DNA from: Planctomycetaceae bacterium
GTDB lineage: Bacteria; Planctomycetota; Planctomycetia; Pirellulales; Pirellulaceae
Length of the DNA: 64,000 bases
Assembly: GCA_002709045.1 (NCBI GenBank)
Contig: PAPJ01000029.1
Coordinates: forward strand, 1,057 to 65,056
Direction of reading: 5' to 3'
Notes under the pieces: generated by a model
Seen by the model: the letters and a program-made list of their open reading frames with translations, nothing else
Database searches by the model: none
Told to the model about the DNA's origin: nothing
Made by a program: the position numbers and the translations under genes
Shown: positions 59,301 through 64,000 of the stretch, piece by piece
How the letters are laid out: every line of letters starts with the position of its first letter
How positions within the stretch are numbered: position 1 is the stretch's first letter

Positions 59301-59761
59301 TTGTGTACAGCGTTGGGCTTTCTCCAGCTAATGCCGCAGCCGCTTTAGCGGCATTGCGAGTGTTGGAAGATGAACCTGAACGTGTTGCCCGAAGTCAGCA
59401 CAATAGTCGATTCTTCCTGCAGGAAGCACGTAAACGTGGTCTCGATACCGGGTTAGGTAATAATACACCGGTGGTTCCTGTGATTATCGGTAACTCGCTG
59501 CATGCTTTGCAACTATCGCATCAGCTATTTGAACGTGGTATCAATGTACAGCCAATTCTTTATCCCGCTGTAGAAGAAGCAGCAGCACGATTGCGTTTCT
59601 TTATCTCGTCAACTCACACGGAAGAGCAGATTATTCAAACCTGTCAGGCTGTTGCCGAAGAAGTTGAAAAAATCGATCCGACCTATCTGAAGTTTGAAAA
59701 TGGCCCGACCAAGGAAGCCAATAGCGTTCAGAGAACCAAAATGTATGATTCGGAAGGTTAG
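56348..59761 (+). CDS. tri-domain fatty-acyl-AMP ligase / acyl carrier protein / alpha-oxoamine synthase (AONS/SPT/CqsA-like, PLP-dependent)
   Basis: 1137 aa; GTG start with GGAG 8 nt upstream. The adenylation domain has LQYTSGSTGTPKGVMISH, YLRTGDLGF and PKTSSGKIQR. The ACP motif is LGLDSLERL (Ser644, nt 58277-58279). The AONS domain has SYNYLGM, HDSLSHNSIIQG, VDEAHSIGTMGEHGRG and GTLSKTFGSCGGY (Lys959, nt 59222-59224). Confidence 0.9.
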   Translation: MNLDRLFAPYKPIETHLVDSLEYWGKERPDQIAYTFLVDGEEDELQITYAELRDSARAIAAQLQESGSVKGERVLLLYHPGMEFIKGFLGCLFAGAIAVPAYPPRRNRKMNRIDSISDDAKPKFVFATRDVIDRGEHILEDSPRLQSAKWIATEEVPVEKSTDWKNPDIEKDDLAFLQYTSGSTGTPKGVMISHGNMLANLQMITYAFDLSWKSRGLSWLPAYHDMGLIGGLLAPLYTSCFCVFMSPMAFLQKPIRWLKAISRYKITISGGPNFAYDLCSQQITEEQMEGLNLSRWRLAYNGAEPIRSSTLNDFSRKFEEVGFNSQVFYPCYGMAEATLIVTGKVSTEKPTLKSFDNDSLHEHHVVPVSPDTRGARTLVGCGCVFPNEDVAIVDSQTYKRLPSGEVGEIWVNSPSVGRGYWDKPALSQQTFEAKLADSQTGPYLRTGDLGFVQGDDLFVTGRLKDLIIIRGVNRYPQDIELTVERASNRLQNGAVGCFAVDIEGRERLIVVAEVERKRREDWSDVIQAIRHDVTAEHDVPPDGIVLVRFGSIPKTSSGKIQRHACRNSFLDGSLKTIASWLAWEDTVAQEVVITATAADKNLAVGDLPTGLLELVMEKVRDVARERAGSINAETNIVTDLGLDSLERLQIANSIEEVFGQRFPEDVLQEIETISQVASAVKDHFKDIDAQLGQVAKKPKSIRSAQIEIPESDYNFALMPEYVRLQKTKKLLASTGLPNPYFSVHEELTNDTTTINGRELLSWSSYNYLGMSGDPAVVKASQEAVEKYGTSVSASRLVSGEKPIHRELEQGIADFIGVEDAITYVGGHSTNESTIGHLFGSGDLIVHDSLSHNSIIQGSILSGARRRPFKHNDWRELDEILSEVRHEYRRVLVVVEGVYSMDGDFPDLPKFIEIKKRHHCFLMVDEAHSIGTMGEHGRGISEHFGVDAREVDIWMGTLSKTFGSCGGYIAGTKELVEYLKYTSPGFVYSVGLSPANAAAALAALRVLEDEPERVARSQHNSRFFLQEARKRGLDTGLGNNTPVVPVIIGNSLHALQLSHQLFERGINVQPILYPAVEEAAARLRFFISSTHTEEQIIQTCQAVAEEVEKIDPTYLKFENGPTKEANSVQRTKMYDSEG

Positions 59762-59774
59762 AAGTTACGAAAAA

Positions 59775-59798
59775 AGGGCCGTCATTTCTGACGGCCCT
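59775..59798. terminator. bidirectional intrinsic terminator hairpin
   Basis: Arms agggccgtca (59775-59784) and tgacggccct (59789-59798) form a 10-bp GC-rich perfect stem with a 4-nt loop. An A-run precedes it. It lies between the convergent megasynthase (+) and beta-barrel (-) genes. Confidence 0.75.
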
Positions 59799-59819
59799 CT
59801 CGTTATTCCCAGCCGATTT

Positions 59820-60986
59820 TTATCGGTTCAGCGTGATTCCAAAGTTGAAACCATAGGTCAGGAATCTGTCTCCGTAGTTCTCACCTCGTCCAATACCTTT
59901 GCCATAGTTGATGACGTTAAACCCAAAGCGAGCTGTTAAATCGCGTGTAATTGTGTAGGCTGCTTCACCGCGATATTCACCGCCCCAGACAAACGAGTTA
60001 TCAGTATCCCAGGTAATAGTTTGCTCACGAGTTTGTGATTCGGGTTCCTCGCCGGTACCTACTTCTACCTGAGTTACTTCTCGCAACTGATCTTTACGAA
60101 TGCTTTGATTGTTATTCATCGCGAAAAAGCGAAGCTCATTAGATAGTAACCATCGACTCTGCTTACGATACCACCTCAGTCCCAACTGACCGCCAAACAT
60201 GTCATTATTGTGTATCCCCTGATTGAGGATATATTCTTCTATCTCAGCGTCATCCGGAGCCGGCGAATCGGGATTGTTCGGATTGGGAATCTGAGGCACT
60301 GGCAGACCGTCCTCATCATATCGATTGTACTCAGCACTTTCAAAGTAATCTCTAAAATTACTGTACCGGATACCCACGAGTGGCTCCCAAATTCGTCCCT
60401 TGTCATTTTCTTTAAGACGCCAGGTACGATTCAGTTCCCAACTGCTGTAAGTAACAGCGTTAATTGAGTCTCGTAGGATATAGTCACGCTGACCGGTGAT
60501 CGGATTATTATCATCCTGATTTGGCGTTGGTTGTTCGTCACCACCACCACCACCACCACCGTCACCGCCCTCTTCTTCGGCAACTCGGTTATTACGTTCT
60601 ACAATTAGCTCCTGATAGGTGTTAGGGCCGCCAAGAGTCGTGGTACTTAGATTCCATCCCAGATTGTCGGGGCGCATGAATCCTAAGCTGATACGCTTTC
60701 CGCTTCCCCTGTCAAACGATCCATAGGACTCTTCTTGACGAGGCCTGGCTGTCTTGGTGAACAGCTTATCCCAGGTAAAGAACCACCCGAAGTTTGGTGT
60801 AAAATCACCAAAGTGAGTATTATCTAACGGAGCGAAGAACTGATAATCCGGGTTGAACTCGTCAAAGTCAACAAATGGACCGGAATACTGGCGTTGGCCG
60901 TAATTCTGAGCTTCAACACTCGTTGCTACCAGTGTCATAATGGCTAGAACGCCGAGTAATGTTTGAATTCGGGGGAATCTCATCAC
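59820..60986 (-). CDS. putative outer-membrane beta-barrel protein with Gly-run loop
   Basis: 388 aa with signal peptide LLGVLAIMTLVATSVEAQ. It is rich in aromatic residues and Gly, with alternating-hydrophobicity strands toward the C-terminus (FGFNVINYG…LTYGFNFGITLNR). It is possibly of the planctomycete porin-like (BBP7/DUF1551) type, but this was not verified. Confidence 0.55.
   Translation of the reverse strand: MMRFPRIQTLLGVLAIMTLVATSVEAQNYGQRQYSGPFVDFDEFNPDYQFFAPLDNTHFGDFTPNFGWFFTWDKLFTKTARPRQEESYGSFDRGSGKRISLGFMRPDNLGWNLSTTTLGGPNTYQELIVERNNRVAEEEGGDGGGGGGGDEQPTPNQDDNNPITGQRDYILRDSINAVTYSSWELNRTWRLKENDKGRIWEPLVGIRYSNFRDYFESAEYNRYDEDGLPVPQIPNPNNPDSPAPDDAEIEEYILNQGIHNNDMFGGQLGLRWYRKQSRWLLSNELRFFAMNNNQSIRKDQLREVTQVEVGTGEEPESQTREQTITWDTDNSFVWGGEYRGEAAYTITRDLTARFGFNVINYGKGIGRGENYGDRFLTYGFNFGITLNR
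60540..60560 (-). repeat. (GGT)7 trinucleotide repeat encoding Gly7 inside the beta-barrel gene
   Basis: The plus strand has (acc)7 at 60540-60560. The minus-strand codons are GGC GGT GAC (GGT)7 GAC, giving GGDGGGGGGGD. Confidence 0.9.
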
Positions 60987-61020
60987 TTGATACCACTAAT
61001 CTGTGAATCTCGGTTTCCCA

Positions 61021-61036
61021 ATGCGTACGTACGCAT
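61021..61036. promoter_or_regulatory. perfect 16-nt palindrome ATGCGTACGTACGCAT upstream of the beta-barrel gene
   Basis: The sequence at 61021-61036 is self-complementary. It lies 35-50 nt upstream of ATG 60986, in the 325-nt divergent intergenic region. Confidence 0.35.
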
Positions 61037-61311
61037 CGGCAGAACCTGTTAGTTGTTAATGGTCGTATCGTCAGTGATGGTCGTAAGAGTTAAGTAACTC
61101 TGGTAATCTATGACGATTTTTCCAGATATTCACACGAAATATGGGAAACTGGAGTAGATACATAGAATAGGAACGACCATAGAGGCCGCCTGTCTCGAAT
61201 ATTCATTGAATACCGTTATAATGACAAGCCATGGCCTTTAACGATTGACTGCCCTGCTAATCGTCTGAAATGGCCTGTTCTATTAGCAATCTTGATTAAT
61301 ACCCCGAGTAA

Positions 61312-62229
61312 GTGATGTATAAGTCCTCGAAAATCACATTTTCAAAACCTTTGCTACTGATGGCACTCGTGTTGGCCGTCTGTTCAGCTAATTTTGCAGA
61401 TGAGACGGTTAAAAAGAAGCCGCCGGCGAAGACCCAGAATCGATCGTATGTGAGGATTGATCGAGATGATAATAAGCAAGCTTTGGCTTTGCAAACGTCC
61501 GTGGTAAAGATGCGTGGTACCAAGGGAACTCAGCGAAAAGTTCAGGTGGACTTAATTGGAGCGATTCATATCGGTGAAAAAGAATATTACGCTCAACTCA
61601 ATGAATTATTTGAAGACTACGATGTAGTCCTGTATGAGTTAGTTGCTCCGGAAGGAACGGTTATTGAAAAAGGCCACAAGCAAGGCATTAGTCTGGACGT
61701 TGTTTCCGGATCGCAGTCGGGCATGCAAAAAATCCTGGGACTGACCCACCAACTGGAACAGATCGACTACACCGTGGATAACTTTGTTCATGCCGACATG
61801 AGTCCGGGAGAATTCTCCAAGCAGATGAAAGAACGCGATGAGAGTTTTATGAAAATGTATTTTCGATCAATCGGTCAGGGTTTAGCAATGCAGGGAACAC
61901 CTGGACAGACCAGCGACTTCAGTCTGCTGGTTGCTCTTTTTTCCAAGGATCGTGAGCGAAAGATCAAGACAATAATGGCTCAGCAATTCGAGCAAATGGA
62001 TGGTTTGCCGGATGTGATGAGCGGGCCGGAGGGGTCGACTATTATTCACTTGCGAAACGACAAAGCTTTAGATGTACTCGAAACACAACTCAAAGATTCG
62101 TCCAAGAAGAAGATAGGTATCTTTTATGGTGCCGGTCATTTTGATGATATGGAAGAAAAGATGATGGAACGATTCAGATTCAAACGAACCGGAGAAGAAT
62201 GGCTAGATGCCTGGAATTTACGTGAGTAG
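61312..62229 (+). CDS. secreted hypothetical protein (possibly TraB/GumN-like)
   Basis: 305 aa with signal peptide LLLMALVLAVCSANFA. The block DLIGAIHIGEKEYY is reminiscent of the TraB/GumN family. The functional assignment is weak. Confidence 0.5.
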   Translation: MMYKSSKITFSKPLLLMALVLAVCSANFADETVKKKPPAKTQNRSYVRIDRDDNKQALALQTSVVKMRGTKGTQRKVQVDLIGAIHIGEKEYYAQLNELFEDYDVVLYELVAPEGTVIEKGHKQGISLDVVSGSQSGMQKILGLTHQLEQIDYTVDNFVHADMSPGEFSKQMKERDESFMKMYFRSIGQGLAMQGTPGQTSDFSLLVALFSKDRERKIKTIMAQQFEQMDGLPDVMSGPEGSTIIHLRNDKALDVLETQLKDSSKKKIGIFYGAGHFDDMEEKMMERFRFKRTGEEWLDAWNLRE

Positions 62230-62320
62230 TTTACGTCGAGATACCATCTTGGATTTAAAGTCGTTATGATATAAGTATCTCACGTCTCCAAAAGCTCCAC
62301 TTATCCATCTCCATTTTGAC

Positions 62321-63139
62321 ATGCCACGTCTCTCCATAAGCGAAGTTACGACTTATAGCTGGTCATTTCAAAGTGATGTTCGCACTTTCGCACGCTATGG
62401 TGTGCCAGCCATGGGAATCTGGCGGCAGAAACTTGCTGACTATGGCGAGGAAAAGGGTGCGGAGCTATTAGCTGAAACCGGAATGGATGTAAGTACTGTC
62501 TACTTTGCTGGCGGCTTTACCGGGCATGACGGGCGCAGTTTTCAGGAAGCTGTTGATGATGCTGAACAGGCGATAGAAACGGCGTCGCTGCTACAGGCTG
62601 AGTGCCTGACGATCTATACAGGTGCCAGAGCCGGCCATACCAAGAGTCATGCTCAAAGACTTATGCAAATGGCTTTTGAGCAGTTATTGCCGGTTGCTGA
62701 AGTTAATGATGTCGTCCTGGCCCTGGAACCGATGCATCCGCGTGCCGGAACCGATTGGACTTTTATGACCGATCTTGAGGCGACTTTAAGGTATGTCGAG
62801 TCGATGGGTAGCCATTATTTCAAAATGGCGATCGATACCTATCATTGGGGTCGTAGTCGTAAGTTCTATTCCCTGATTCGACAACTGGTACCGCAGTTGG
62901 CAGTTGTCTTTCTGGGCGATGCTTCAGGAAGTCCTGACGAAGAACAAAACCGTTGCCTGTTAGGCGACGGTAGTATTTCACTTGAGCGAATGGTTACGGC
63001 TTTGCTGGAGAATGGTTACGACGGGTGCTTTGATGTTCGCCTGACGGGGGAAGAACTGGAGTCTTTGACGTATTCTCAGATCATTGAACATAGCTGCCGG
63101 TTTTATGAGGATTTGATCGCGGCAGTCAAAGTTGATTAA
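62321..63139 (+). CDS. sugar phosphate isomerase/epimerase (xylose-isomerase-like TIM barrel)
   Basis: 272 aa. The pattern of conserved E/H/D positions (LALEPMH, IDTYHW, LGDGSI) is typical of AP_endonuc_2/TIM-barrel proteins. Confidence 0.6.
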   Translation: MPRLSISEVTTYSWSFQSDVRTFARYGVPAMGIWRQKLADYGEEKGAELLAETGMDVSTVYFAGGFTGHDGRSFQEAVDDAEQAIETASLLQAECLTIYTGARAGHTKSHAQRLMQMAFEQLLPVAEVNDVVLALEPMHPRAGTDWTFMTDLEATLRYVESMGSHYFKMAIDTYHWGRSRKFYSLIRQLVPQLAVVFLGDASGSPDEEQNRCLLGDGSISLERMVTALLENGYDGCFDVRLTGEELESLTYSQIIEHSCRFYEDLIAAVKVD

Positions 63140-63867
63140 TTCTGACTGAGCTTGTCGCGGATCTCTGCTGCACGTTCATACTGCTCACGTGCAATGGCTT
63201 CGGCCAGTTGTTCATGAAGCGTCTTTCCGACACCATACTCAGTACGTAGTGACTCACGTATATCTCGTAACTGCGTGACTAATTCATCTTCTTCGAAATG
63301 TTCTTCGAGTTCGTGTTCAGCAAAGATACTTCGGATAGTATTGAGTCCCTCGTTAATGCATTCAATGGCAGCCTGAGGAGTTGTTTCATTGAGCTGTTGA
63401 TAAGCGGCCGCCTGAGTTCTGTGAAAGAGTACAAACGGGCGGTATTGTTCATGGACAATGGTCCAGCCGTCGTCTGGAGAATGGCGTTTACAAAAGTCCA
63501 TCAATGCCAGCGTGTGGTCGGCATCACAGATAACACGTTCGTATTCTTTGATCGAAAGCCAGCTAATGCGTCGTTGGTAGAATTGCATAAATTCTCGATC
63601 AACTTCGACGCACTGTTCTTCATCCAGCGTCCATTTATCGCTACGAGTAATCTCTTCCTGAAGGAGAAAATCCAGATAGGTGGCAAAGCCTTCGGGCCGA
63701 TAACCATCGGGTCGTCCTTCGGTCTCCATTTGGATGATTCCCATTTCAACCCGCATTTGTAAAACATCGGCATTGCCATTCTGCCCGGCGACTACACGAG
63801 CTCGGATGGATTGGGAATCATAGCCCCAGTTTTCCAGTATGTCTGTGATGTTGCGGGAATCTGTCAT
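63136..63867 (-). CDS. UVR (UvrB/UvrC motif) domain-containing protein
   Basis: 243 aa with a C-terminal EQYERAAEIRDKL UVR motif. Its stop overlaps the stop of the convergent isomerase gene. Confidence 0.6.
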   Translation of the reverse strand: MTDSRNITDILENWGYDSQSIRARVVAGQNGNADVLQMRVEMGIIQMETEGRPDGYRPEGFATYLDFLLQEEITRSDKWTLDEEQCVEVDREFMQFYQRRISWLSIKEYERVICDADHTLALMDFCKRHSPDDGWTIVHEQYRPFVLFHRTQAAAYQQLNETTPQAAIECINEGLNTIRSIFAEHELEEHFEEDELVTQLRDIRESLRTEYGVGKTLHEQLAEAIAREQYERAAEIRDKLSQN

Positions 63868-64000
63868 GTAGTCAATGTCAGCAAGAGTTTTACAAGTACC
63901 TTATTATCAACGATTTCGATGACTTTGTGTAGCACCGAAACACCGAACAATCTAAAGGCATTTCGATTAATACTCGAAACGCCTTTGGCGCCCCGCTTTT

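Noticed and set aside
63954-63986. 13-bp imperfect hairpin (aaaggcatttcga / tcgaaacgccttt) at the window edge
   Set aside because: It has one A-C mismatch and no U-tract. The gene it would terminate lies outside the window, so it cannot be interpreted.

Overview
This window reads as core chromosome: about 55 protein genes on both strands, with no IS elements, integrases, CRISPR arrays or prophage signatures. The gene content points to a Planctomycetota-like genome (inference only). It includes DUF1501, DUF1570, a Tat-signal Gfo/Idh/MocA oxidoreductase, an SHD1-like secreted protein, a soluble LRR protein and many Pro-rich secreted hypotheticals. Recognisable housekeeping blocks are rny-ymdB, tilS, dapF, xseA-xseB-ispA-dxs-nadK, dnaA, guaB, proC, efp, ettA, guaA, surE, ribE-rsmA and eno.

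The most interesting content is a dispersed selenocysteine-decoding set that the ORF track largely hides:
- selB-selA lies at 38.1-41.5 kb.
- A tRNA-Sec (anticodon UCA, long variable arm) lies at 50309-50405 and is masked by a spurious N-terminal ORF extension.
- A SelW-like (Rdx family) selenoprotein gene lies at 44289-44528 on the minus strand. It has TGA in a CxxU motif and a hairpin downstream. It also carries an unexpected in-frame TAA where homologs have Glu.

Other notable items:
- A 1137-aa fused fatty-acyl-AMP ligase / ACP / alpha-oxoamine synthase.
- A two-domain diadenylate-cyclase (DAC) protein with an RHW variant of the RHR motif.
- An Arg-type EF-P with no adjacent EarP.
- A translationally coupled GT39-like glycosyltransferase and 1150-aa AsmA/TamB-like protein.
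- A dnaA upstream region with an AT-rich stretch and a 20-nt direct repeat containing DnaA-box-like cores.

All functional calls come from motif recognition by eye. No database search, HMM scan or folding computation was run.
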